Shown here: positions 48,008-58,470 of the stretch, piece by piece | How positions within the stretch are numbered: position 1 is the first letter of the stretch | How the letters are laid out: each line of letters begins with the position of its first letter | Assembly (NCBI GenBank): GCA_000388065.2 | Contig: KB932206.1 | Direction: 5' to 3' (one strand) | Length of the DNA: 64,000 nucleotides | Source of the DNA: Fonticula alba ATCC 38817 | Lineage: Eukaryota; Protista; Nucleariida | Translations under genes and position numbers: made by a program | Notes under the pieces: generated by a model | Seen by the model: the letters and a program-made list of their open reading frames with translations, nothing else | Told to the model about the DNA's origin: nothing | Databases searched by the model: none

Positions 48008-49005
48008 ATGATCCCCGCCCTCAACCGCCACCTCGTGAATGGCACGCGCGCTGCCGCTCCGACCATCGCCTCGCGGCTCATGGCCGTCCGGACCATGTCC
48101 TCGGCCTCCGACGCCCCGAACACCGGCGGCTTCCAGACGGTCACCATCTTCGGGTCCGGGCTCATGGGGTCCGGCATCGCGCAGGTGGTCGCCGCCGCCG
48201 GGCTCAAGGTCAACCTGATCGACACGCAGCCGGCCAGCCTGGAGCGCGCGCAGAAGAGCATCACCTCCTCGGTGCAGCGCGTGGCCAAGCGCCAGCATGC
48301 GGAAAACCCGGAGGCCGTGGCCTCGGCCGTGTCCGACATCATGTCCCGCATCCACATGTCCACCGAGCCGGACGCGGCCATCCGTGAGGCGGACCTCATC
48401 ATCGAGGCCATCGCCGAGAATCTGCCGGCCAAGCTGAGCCTCTTCCAGAAGGCCGACCAGCTGGCCCGGCCGGATGCGGTCTTCGTGTCGAACACCTCCT
48501 CGCTGTCGATTGCCGAGATGTCGCAGGCCACTTCGGCCTCGCGCCGGGCGCACTTCGCCGGGCTGCACTTCTTCAACCCGGTCCCGGTCATGGGCCTGGT
48601 GGAGGTCATCCACACCGCCGACACGGAGCCCGCCACGCTGGACCGCCTGCGCACCCTCTGCAAGGCCATCGGCAAGCGCCCGGTCAGCTGCCGTGACACC
48701 CCGGGCTTCATCGTCAACCGCCTGCTCGTGCCGTACCTCTTTGAGGCGGTGCGCATGCTGGAGCGCGGCGACGCCTCGGTTCCCGACATCGACGCCAGCA
48801 TGAAGCTCGGTGCCGGCCACCCGATGGGCCCCTTCCAGCTGGCTGACTATGTTGGCCTGGACACCATCAAGTTTGTTGTGGACGGCTGGTCCGCCAAGTA
48901 CCCGGATGTTGAGCTTTTCCGCCCGTCGGAGCTGGTGCGTGCCTGGCGTCCCCCGGGGTGGGTCCTTTCTCGGCCCTCGCCAGCCAGTCCCCATATGTTG
49001 TCCCT

Positions 49006-49068
<63 letters not shown>

Positions 49069-49358
49069 GTTTCTCTGTTTCTCTGTTTCTCTGTTTCTCT
49101 ATTTCTCTCTCTCTCTCTCTTGTCTGCTCGTCCGCTCGTCCGCTCGCCCACTCGCTCTCTACCTCCCCCCACTCGTGTACCTCCCGTCGTTCTGACATGT
49201 CCTTCTCCCGGGCTTTCTCCCGGGATCGCCCTCTCGCTCTTCCTCAGCTGAACAGCCTCGTGGCTGCCGGCCACCTCGGTGTCAAGACCAACCAGGGCTT
49301 CTACAGCTACGAGAACGGCCAGCTTGTCAAGGGCAGCGAGTACAAGCTCTCCAAGTAA
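48008..49358 (+). CDS. HADH: Mitochondrial 3-hydroxyacyl-CoA dehydrogenase
   Basis: Exons 48008-48934 and 49248-49358. Arg-rich, acid-free presequence, Rossmann GSGLMGSGIA, EAIAEN, SNTSSL, GLHFFNPVP, DTPGFIVNRLLVPY, MKLGAGHPMGPF, DYVGLDT, GHLGVKTNQGFY. Confidence 0.96.
48998..49120. repeat. (CT)n plus TTTCTCTG repeats in HADH intron
   Basis: Read directly. Confidence 0.85.
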
Positions 49359-50659
49359 TGCCCCCACCCCCGGGGCGCCGACACACTACTCTGTTTCCTC
49401 TTCTCTCCTGTATGTGCTGCCTGCCTCGCAGCAGTCACAAGGCAATACACCACCCCGAGGTAGGCATCTACGCCTGTGCGCCTCTCCCTCAATCAACTAA
49501 AGCTCCCTCGGTCGGCTGGGATGGCAGGCAGAGGCGAGGGCGGGGGCGGGGGCCGGGGCCGGGGCACTTTGCTGTGAGGGAGCAGTCCGAGGTCATCGCG
49601 CCAACGCTAGAGTGATTCGCAGCCCGAGCGAACGAGTGGTTGTCACCCAAGCTACCGTCGACCGACTCAGCTATCGCCAGCCGCCTCAGCTATCGCCGAC
49701 CTACCACCAGCTATTGGGCCCCAATCAGGCTGGATGGCAAACTGCCAATGTATGGCACTGCCCTGTCACCTCGACCGGGCCTCCGACCGGGGGGCGGCAC
49801 GGCGACTGTTCGTGAACAAACAGGCGTGCCCTTCCCCCCCCCCCCCCCCCGCCCAACAAGCCCTGGCGGACAGTTCGAGTGCAGGGNNNNNNNNNNNNNN
49901 NNNNNNNNNNNNNNNNNNNNNNNNNNNNNNNNNNNNNNNNNNNNNNNNNNNNNNNNNNNNNNNNNNNNNNNNNNNNNNNNNNNNNNNNNNNNNNNNNNNN
50001 NNNNNNNNNNNNNNNNNNNNNNNNNNNNNNNNNNNNNNNNNNNNNNNNNNNNNNNNNNNNNNNNNNNNNNNNNNNNNNNNNNNNNNNNNNNNNNNNNNNN
50101 NNNNNNNNNNNNNNNNNNNNNNNNNNNNNNNNNNNNNNNNNNNNNNNNNNNNNNNNNNNNNNNNNNNNNNNNNNNNNNNNNNNNNNNNNNNNNNNNNNNN
50201 NNNNNNNNNNNNNNNNNNNNNNNNNNNNNNNNNNNNNNNNNNNNNNNNNNNNNNNNNNNNNNNNNNNNNNNNNNNNNNNNNNNNNNNNNNNNNNNNNNNN
50301 NNNNNNNNNNNNNNNNNNNNNNNNNNNNNNNNNNNNNNNNNNNNNNNNNNNNNNNNNNNNNNNNNNNNNNNNNNNNNNNNNNNNNNNNNNNNNNNNNNNN
50401 NNNNNNNNNNNNNNNNNNNNNNNNNNNNNNNNNNNNNNNNNNNNNNNNNNNNNNNNNNNNNNNNNNNNNNNNNNNNNNNNNNNNNNNNNNNNNNNNNNNN
50501 NNNNNNNNNNNNNNNNNNNNNNNNNNNNNNNNNNNNNNNNNNTCCTCTTCCGGTGTCTGTGCCCCTGTCCACCTCCTCTTCCCCAAGGTCAGATCTCGGC
50601 CGGCGTCGCGCGGATTTCCCTCTTCGGCCGCCGGAGTACAATAGCCCCTGTTGCCCGCC

Positions 50660-52346
50660 ATGACCAACCCGGTATGTTGTGCCAGTATGCCCTGCTGTCG
50701 CCGGTTCCCATGGGTGCCCAGTGCTGACATTGTCCCCTGGGGCCTTGCCGTCGCATGTTTGCCGTTTGCCTGCCACCCCAGTCTTCCGGCTCTCCGCTGC
50801 CTGAGCGTGCGTTTGTCTGCCATCTTCGCCCATCGCCCTGCCTTTTGCTCACCCGTCGTACGTCTCGCGCTTTTTAACCCCCCCCCCCCTCCCCCCTCCC
50901 CCTCCTGCACTCCTCCCTTCCTCGCCCCGGGGCCTCCCTGTGATCCATGCAGACATCATCAAACAGATCCAGGAACAGGTCCGCGAGACGGAGCGCACAC
51001 GGCTGCTCGCCATCCGGAAGAACATTCTCCAGGCCGAGGAGCAGGCGCAGGCGAATGAACGCCACCGAAAGACCCTGGCCTCTGCGTCTGGCGCCCGGCG
51101 TTCGGGTGGCGCTCGATCCGGCGATCGGGCGTCCTCGTCGTCGTCCTCTTCCGCGCGCGGGGCGCGGGGCACCGGCGCCGAGTCGGCTCGGATCTCCCCA
51201 CCCAGGCCGCGTGCAGAGCGCCCTAGCCCGGCAAATGCTCCCCCGGCACCGAAGCTCAGCTTCCAAGAGAAGATGCGCCGGGCCCTGGCCAACACCAAGT
51301 CCTCGCTCGAGTCGACGTCGACCCTGAATGCCAGCCTCGATCGGCCGGTGTATGTGGCGCCGAAAACCGGCACCGGGCGGCCGGCGGATGCACGCCCCCG
51401 GCCCCGGCCGGCAGCCCCGCCAGTCCCTGTGGCCTTTGGCGCTCGGCCGGCTCCCGGCGGGACCGGCGCTTCCCCCGGCTCACGACCGACATTGGCCAAC
51501 AGCGCACCGCCCCCCTCGCGCGGGACACCTCCTCCTGGTCGGGCAGCTGCCTCGGCGGCCCCCGCGGCCGGTCGTGGGCCTCCCCCGGCGGGAGCCGGGC
51601 CACCAGGCGACCGGCGTTCCTCGGCCGCCGGTGGGCCCGATCGGCCCGCGCCGCCAGCCTCCGGCACTCCGCCGATGTCTGGCGGCTCAAATGCCCCGGC
51701 TCGGACACACATGCCCGGACGCCCGGGCCCCGGCATGGCGGCGTATGGCGCCCGGCGGCCGGATCTGGCGGCATATGGCGCCCGGCGACCGGACCTGGCC
51801 GCGCGCGCGGCCCCGCCCGGGCGTACTCAGGCACCGGTTCGGGCGCGCGCACAGCCACGGCCCAAGCCCCGTCCGCGGCGCTCCTCCGGCTACGACTCCG
51901 ATGAGGACTTCCTCAACCCGTCGCGCTTTTCCGACGACCTGCAAAGCGACTATGATGAGGATGATGAGGATGATGATGACTTCATTGTGTCGGACGAGGA
52001 CGACGAGGAATCCACCGCGGCCATCCGGCAAATCCGCCAAATCTCCGGCTACAACCCCGCCAAGTACCGGCATCTTGATGCGATGGACGATCGGTCGATG
52101 GAAAGCGGCCTGGCGGACATTCGCCGCGAGGAGCGTCGGAGGTATGTCGTCTGCCCCCGGTTGTCTGTCTTCCCCCCCCCCCCCCCCCTTCGCTCGCCTT
52201 GCGGTTTGCCTTTTCCTTTCGGTCGGGGGCCCTCTCTTTGTTAACCCGACTGTCCTTCATCCTTCAAAAGCTCGCGCATCGCCCAAGAGGAGGATGCCGA
52301 GGAGGAAGAGCGAGAGCGGCGCCTCTCCAAGCGCCAGCGCTACTAG
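50660..52346 (+). CDS. SPT2: SPT2 chromatin protein / histone chaperone
   Basis: C-terminal SPT2 signature DDFIVSDEDDEESTAAIRQIRQISGYNPAKY..DDRSMESGLADIRREERR|SSRIAQEEDAEE. Exons 50953-52141 and 52271-52346 are confident. The 5' exons 50660-50671 and 50782-50806 are tentative. Confidence 0.85.
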
Positions 52347-52987
52347 CCGGTCTCGCGCCATCCTCCTCTGCCTGCTTGCGCACGCTGGCATTCGCGCCAT
52401 AGATTGCATGCGCGAGTCGGCCGATGGCGGAGGGGGGGGGGGGGGTTGCCTTGGGCCTCCTTTTCTCCCCCTCCGTCGCCCCTTTTTTCGCCGCCGCCTC
52501 CCCCATCCGGCGACCGTGGTGGAATATAGACCTTGCCTTGAGCCATGGCTCCTCCCCCCCCTTTTCCCCTGTCGGTGAGACAGATGCCCGGCGTATGGGG
52601 GCGCGAGATGGGATCGTTTTTTTTGTTTCTTAGAAGTACAGGGGGGTGGGTCTGCCACAGCAGGCACGGTGAGTGTGATCGAGGAGAGCGGAGGCAGAGA
52701 TTAGGGGGAGGAGGCGTGAGGAGGGGAAAGGAGGACACAGGCTCAGGTGTGCTTCCTTCCTCCCCTCCTCCGCCCGTTGTCTCTGCCTTTGCGGTGGTCT
52801 CTCCCCCACCAGGAGGCGGTCCTTCGGATGGGCAGCCGGAGCGAGGGCAGGCAAATCCCACACATACGCACACACCTGGGAGAAGGGGAGGGGCGCGCGC
52901 ACGCGCGCGGCGATCGGTGGCTTGTCTCGCGGGCGTGCATGCACACCGGGGGGAGGGGGAGGACTCTCCACGCGCTTTTCTTCCTGC

Positions 52988-53962
52988 TCACAGGTACATG
53001 CCCTCCGGAGTGTTGTCATGCTTGCGGTACATGACGGTCTCCTTGGCGGCACGGAAGTCGGCCGCGGTGACACGCATGCGGAAGTCGCGCAGGGCCAGCA
53101 GGCCGGCCTCCGTGCAGACGGCCTTGATATCGGCACCACTCAGGTCGTCCTTGGTGGTGATCAACTCCTCCGGGTCCACATCCGGGGCCAGGGTCATGCG
53201 GGCGGTGTGGATGTTGAAGATGCCGCGCTTGGTCCGGATGTCGGGCAGAGGGAACTCGATCTTGCGATCGATACGGCCCGGGCGAATGAGCGCCGGGTCC
53301 AGAGACTCGATGCGATTGGTTGCCATCAAGACCTTGACATCGCCGCGCGCGTCGAAACCATCCAGCTGGTTGAGGAGCTCCAGCATGGTGCGCTGGATCT
53401 CACGCTCACCACCGGAATGCGAGTCGTAGCTGGGGGGAGGGGCGGGGGNNNNNNNNNNNNNNNNNNNNNNNNNNNNNNNNNNNNNNNNNNNNNNNNNNNN
53501 NNNNNNNNNNNNNNNNNNNNNNNNNNNNNNNNNNNNNNNNNNNNNNNNNNNNNNNNNNNNNNNNNNNNNNNNNNNNNNNNNNNNNNNNNNNNNNNNNNNN
53601 NNNNNNNNNNNNNNNNNNNNNNNNNNNNNNNNNNNNNNNNNNNNNNNNNNNNNNNNNNNNNNNNNNNNNNNNNNNNNNNNNNNNNNNNNNNNNNNNNNNN
53701 NNNNNNNNNNNNNNNNNNNNNNNNNNNNNNNNNNNNNNNNNNNNNNNNNNNNNNNNNNNNNNNNNNNNNNNNNNNNNNNNNNNNNNNNNNNNNNNNNNNN
53801 NNNNNNNNGGCGCGCGCTCGAGCTTCATCACCGACACCATGGGGTCCGTGTCGTCGGGCAGGACACCGACAATGGACATGGTCTGTTGTTGTTGTTGTTG
53901 TTGGGGTGTTTTCATTTTTTCGACGAGCGGCCAGGGGACGAGTGTCAGACAACAGGACGGAC

Positions 53963-53996
<34 letters not shown>

Positions 53997-54997
53997 CGTG
54001 TGTGTGTGTGTGTGTGTATGTGTGCGTGTGTGTGTGTGTGTGTGTGTATGTGGGCGTGTGTGGTCGTGGTTGTGCATGTGTGAGTCGAGATGCGGACCTT
54101 GCTGTGCAAAAGAACACTGGCACCCAGCTCCAGCTGGTCCTTGTCCACGAAGCTGGCAATGCCGACGTAGTACTCCGGGCCGACGGCGCTGCTGATGATG
54201 GCGTGGTGGTCGTCAATGATCTCCTCCAGGGTGCCGACGCTCATCGGGGCGCCGCGCAGGTCGTCCACCCGGGCGCGGTCCTTCTGCCCGCGGGCATCGC
54301 CGTCAGCCGGGCGCAGACGCTCCTGGTTGGCGACGAACTCCTCCTCCATCAGGAGGAAGTCCTTCACGCGCTCCAGGCGCAGGCGCTTGAGACGGCAGCG
54401 GGTGTTGGGGGTGACTTGGAAGCGGCGGCGGTGGCGGGAGGGGGTTAGACAGACCAGTGGGCAGGGCGCTGGGGGGGGGGNNNNNNNNNNNNNNNNNNNN
54501 NNNNNNNNNNNNNNNNNNNNNNNNNNNNNNNNNNNNNNNNNNNNNNNNNNNNNNNGGGGGGATAGGTACTGGTGGGGAGCTTGTGGGCAGCATCGGGGCC
54601 ACGGCGCTTCTTCTTCCGCCCGAGCTGGGTCGGAACAGGGGGCTCCTTCTTCTTGGACTTATCCTGCAGAGGGGCGAGAGGAGGGCGATGGCATTGGTGT
54701 CAGGAACCGGCGGCAGGGCAGGGCAGGGCGATTAACACAGGCCGGCGACGAACCTTATCCTTTTCGTTCTTCTTCTTGTCAAAGAACTGACCAGCAGGCG
54801 CGGGGGAGGGGGAGGCGAGGGGCAGGTGTCAGCGAGAGGTGTGCGGCCGTTTGCCGGAGATCGCAACGGGGCGCATATGTATATGCATGCGCGTGTGTGT
54901 GCGTGTGTGTGCGTGTGTGCGCATGGGTATCGGTATATGGGAAGAAAAAGAAGAAGAAGAAGAGGAGCGAGCGAGGGCCGGGGACAGGGCGAACCAT
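52988..54997 (-). CDS. RPT2: 26S proteasome AAA-ATPase subunit Rpt2 (regulatory subunit 4)
   Basis: Exons 54997-54995, 54786-54754, 54663-54570, 54414-54098, 53882-gap and 53429-52988. [84 protein letters not shown] and C-terminal HbYX PEGMYL. Walker A/B lie in gap 53449-53808. Confidence 0.96.
53945..54062. repeat. (GT)n compound microsatellite in RPT2 intron
   Basis: Read directly. Confidence 0.9.
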
Positions 54998-56319
54998 GGT
55001 CGGGGGTCGGCTCAGGGCGCGCGGAGGGGGAGCGAGCTGAGGTTCTTGGCAGGTTGCAGGTGGGGAAAGGGGGGGAGGGGGGGAAAGGGAGGAGGTAAAG
55101 CAAGGGGAGGGGAGAAAAGGAGGGGATTGCTGGCATCGGTCGGCAGCCTATGGACAGCCAGGCTGGCCGGGCTTGAATCGAAGGGATGATGTCATCTCCA
55201 CAGCGGATGCCCGGAGCGCAGGCGGGTCCTGTCTCCGCATCCCGGCCCCGGCGGTGCAAGCGGCAGGGGGGGGGGGGGGGGTCTCGGCGCACACCCAACG
55301 CCGCAGCCGGGCGGCCGGTTCTTCTGGAAGGGACCGGCCCACGGAGACCGCCGACTAGTGTGTCGGGTCGGCTCGATTGCCCGGGGCGCTCTAGACACGG
55401 CGTCCGTCTTTCCTGTCCTGCTTCTCCACAGTGGGCGGTGCCGGCCGCGGCGGCCAGGACACCGTGTTCCGTGTTGCGCCAGCCGGAGATGAGAACACCC
55501 CGCCCTGGGCCCCCAAAGGTGTCTCTACTCTGAAGGAAGAAAATAAAAAAGAAGAGAAAAGACCAAAAGCACCAGCCAGTGTGGGGGCTCCTCCTTTGCA
55601 AGAGTAGTATTGCCGGGCGGGCGGGCGGGCGGGCGGGGGGGGGGCTCTCAGGACATATGCCAGGCCTCTTGCCAGTAAACCACACACCGCCCGCACACAG
55701 GCGAGGGGGCACTTCTGCCAGCCTCCGAAGCGCGGGAAAGCCGAGCGACCCGTCAGCGCGTTTGTCGGCATCACGAGCGAGTCACGTGGCAGAGTCACGC
55801 CGGCCCATTGTGGGCTGGGCAATCGCCCCTACTCCTTGATCCTCGCCCCTGTCAGGCCGACCGTGCCATGGGCGCTCGCACGGCCTGGGGGCGGGTGTGT
55901 GTGTGGGGGGGGGGAGATTGGTGGTCCGTGCGGCGGGGGTGTCCTCGACGGCCTCGCGGGGGATGTCCATGTGGCAGACAAGTTGGCTTCGCCGGCCTAG
56001 ATTGCATGTTATCTTGCGGGCGCCGTGGAATATCGCACATTGGGGGGAAGCGGGGGCCCCCCATTGCGCGGGCCACCTGGGATCCGGGTAACTGGGACCC
56101 GGGCTGGAAGCGCCGCCCGACCGGGCCGAGGCCCTCTGTCCAGCGGCGATGCCCGATCGCGGGGATTGACGTTAAGATGCCTGTTGCCCAGGTCTTTGGA
56201 TGGGGGAACCCCGGTCGCGGCTCTCGGGGNNNNNNNNNNNNNNNNNNNNNNNNNNNNNNNNNNNNNNNNNNNNNNNNNNNNNNNNNNNNNNNNNNNNNNN
56301 NNNNNNNNNNNNNNNNNNN

Positions 56320-56346
<27 letters not shown>

Positions 56347-56350
<4 letters not shown>

Positions 56351-56405
56351 GTGTAGATGTGCGGATGTGTGTGTAGATGTGCGGATGTGTGTGTAGATGT
56401 GCGGA
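56347..56405. repeat. 20-bp minisatellite GTGTGTGTAGATGTGCGGAT x3
   Basis: Three tandem copies next to a gap, read directly. Confidence 0.9.
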
Positions 56406-56810
56406 GGTGTCGGACATGCGGGGGAGGGAGTGGCCGGGAGAGATCCGGCGGCCGGGAGAGATCCCAGCAGGATGGCGAGCCCCGAGCCTGGGAGACCTGT
56501 GGATGGGGCATTTGCATTCAGCAAGACGATGGCCTGGGCGTCGCCTGCGACCATGTCCAGGGCCAGGTGTCGAGCCCCTTACCAGGTCGGGCATGCCAGC
56601 ACGGGGCCGGCTCTGTTCCGGCCCCAAGCCAGGGTGCCTCATCAGCCACCATGGCCCGGCTTCTGAGGGTCAATACGCACCACCCATGCCCTTCCTCTCG
56701 CACACCCTCCCGGCGCGCGCGTTCTTCCTCCCGGCGCCTTCTCGTCACTTCCCGGGCCCCTGCTCCCCTTTTCCCCTCGTCCTCCCGCCACGCATTCTCA
56801 CCCGTCCACC

Positions 56811-57680
56811 ATGGCCCACCAGTGGTCGGCCGATTTCCAGGGCCCTCCTCGCGGCTCCGGGCTTTACCCCGCCCTCTCGCCGGCGTCGGGCGGGTCATCC
56901 GGCCCCCCGTCCAATAACCAGATCAATGTCTCGGCGCTGCTGCAATCCAATGGGTATGGCGATGTGCAGACCCAGTGGCCCGGTGCGGCGGTCGCTTCCC
57001 CCTGGGCCGGGGGGGCCGGCGCTGTTGCGGCCAACACCCGCAGCCCCCCGCCCTATCAGATGCACACGCCGCTGCTCTTTGGCACCGGTGGCCAGCCGAG
57101 TCCGGTGTTCATGGAGCCCGGCCCGGCCGCCCCGGCCTACAGCAGCCCGGCCATCGGGCGGGCCTCCCCCCTGCGGCTGAGCACCCCGGCGCCACACCCT
57201 TCGGACCTGGTGTACGGGCTGACCCGATCCACCGAGTACTGGGCACATGGGGCCGACGCGCCGCTGCCCTCCGCCTCCGGGGCCAATCCCCAGCAGGTGG
57301 CCCCGCTGGTGCCCAGCTCCCGGTACCGGCCGTATGCCATGCCGGCCGGGTGGGACCTGGGCGTCGGGCCTGACGGCCGCACCTACTTCCGCCGGCAGGT
57401 GTTTGCCGGGCGCCCGCGCCCGCCTGGCTCCGGGGCAGCCGGGCCGCAGGTCGACGACATGGCCCCGATGTCGTGGGTCGATCCGCGCGTGTCGCAGCAG
57501 GTGACCGCCCCACCGGTGCGCCTGCCCCCGGGCTGGGAGTGCTATGTGGCCGTGCCGACACCCTGGGGCGATGCCGAGGCCGGGCAGAATGGCAATGTCC
57601 GCCCGGGTGTCCTCTCCCCGCGCTTGTTCTATGTCGACCACAATCGGAAGATCACCACCTGGGTGCCGCCCGTGTTTTGA
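56811..57680 (+). CDS. Pro-rich protein with two WW-like domains
   Basis: ORF with Kozak-like CCACCATGG. MPAGWDLGVGPDGRTYF...SWVDPR and LPPGWE...LFYVDHNRKITTWVPP. The start may be upstream (second strong ATG at 56651). Confidence 0.75.
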   Translation: MAHQWSADFQGPPRGSGLYPALSPASGGSSGPPSNNQINVSALLQSNGYGDVQTQWPGAAVASPWAGGAGAVAANTRSPPPYQMHTPLLFGTGGQPSPVFMEPGPAAPAYSSPAIGRASPLRLSTPAPHPSDLVYGLTRSTEYWAHGADAPLPSASGANPQQVAPLVPSSRYRPYAMPAGWDLGVGPDGRTYFRRQVFAGRPRPPGSGAAGPQVDDMAPMSWVDPRVSQQVTAPPVRLPPGWECYVAVPTPWGDAEAGQNGNVRPGVLSPRLFYVDHNRKITTWVPPVF

Positions 57681-57937
57681 TGCACCCAGCCCCCGCCCTC
57701 CAGCTTGCCCTCCGAGAGCAACATGTCCTTGCGGCTGGCCGATGTCTTGCGCTGGCATCTCTCCTCCCCCGCCTCCCAGGCGCCTTTCTGTACGCGCCCG
57801 CGCGCGGCAACAATGAAAAAGAAGGCTCGTGCCAGGGGGTGCATGTGAATGTTGATGCTTTTTTCGGTCGCCGGGCCGCAAAGGTGCCAAGTCGTCCGGG
57901 TGTGGTGCCAGGCACATGTAGCGGGGGCGACTGATGA

Positions 57938-57985
57938 TGGTAGTGGTGGTGGTGGTGGTGGTGGTGGTGGTGGTGGTGGTGGTGG
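57938..57985. repeat. (TGG)n trinucleotide repeat between the convergent WW and RhoGEF genes
   Basis: Read directly. Confidence 0.9.
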
Positions 57986-58470
57986 GGGGGGGGGGGCAGA
58001 TTCTTTGGTGAGATCCGAACATAAGACTACCCTACGGCAGGGCGCATGTGCAACGACACCCGCCCGCATGCAGCAAACAGCCAGGGCAGCTGCACCGAGG
58101 CGCTGCGCTTTGTCAAGCTCCTTGGTGCACAGGGTCCCGGAAGCAGCAAGTGTACACAAGGGGGGCGGGGGAGGGGGAACTGGCACAGAGGTGTGGCCGG
58201 TGACCGGCACACCAAGAAGCCCGTCGCATGTCGGCTCTTCCGGCGCGTCGATCGGCACGTGCCTGGCTGTGCAGGATACAAGGAGCAGAGTACCCTGCCC
58301 CTCTCTCCCGCCCTTCTTTCGCCCGGGGTCTTGCACGTCCACCACAAGCCGGCCACAACGCGGGAAAAGGTGCCCAGCAGGGGGACATGGGAAAATGCAT
58401 GTTTATTTTGATGGACCCATTCCTGCACAGGTGCAGGAGGAGGAGGAGGAGGAGATCGCCCAGCAGCTGG

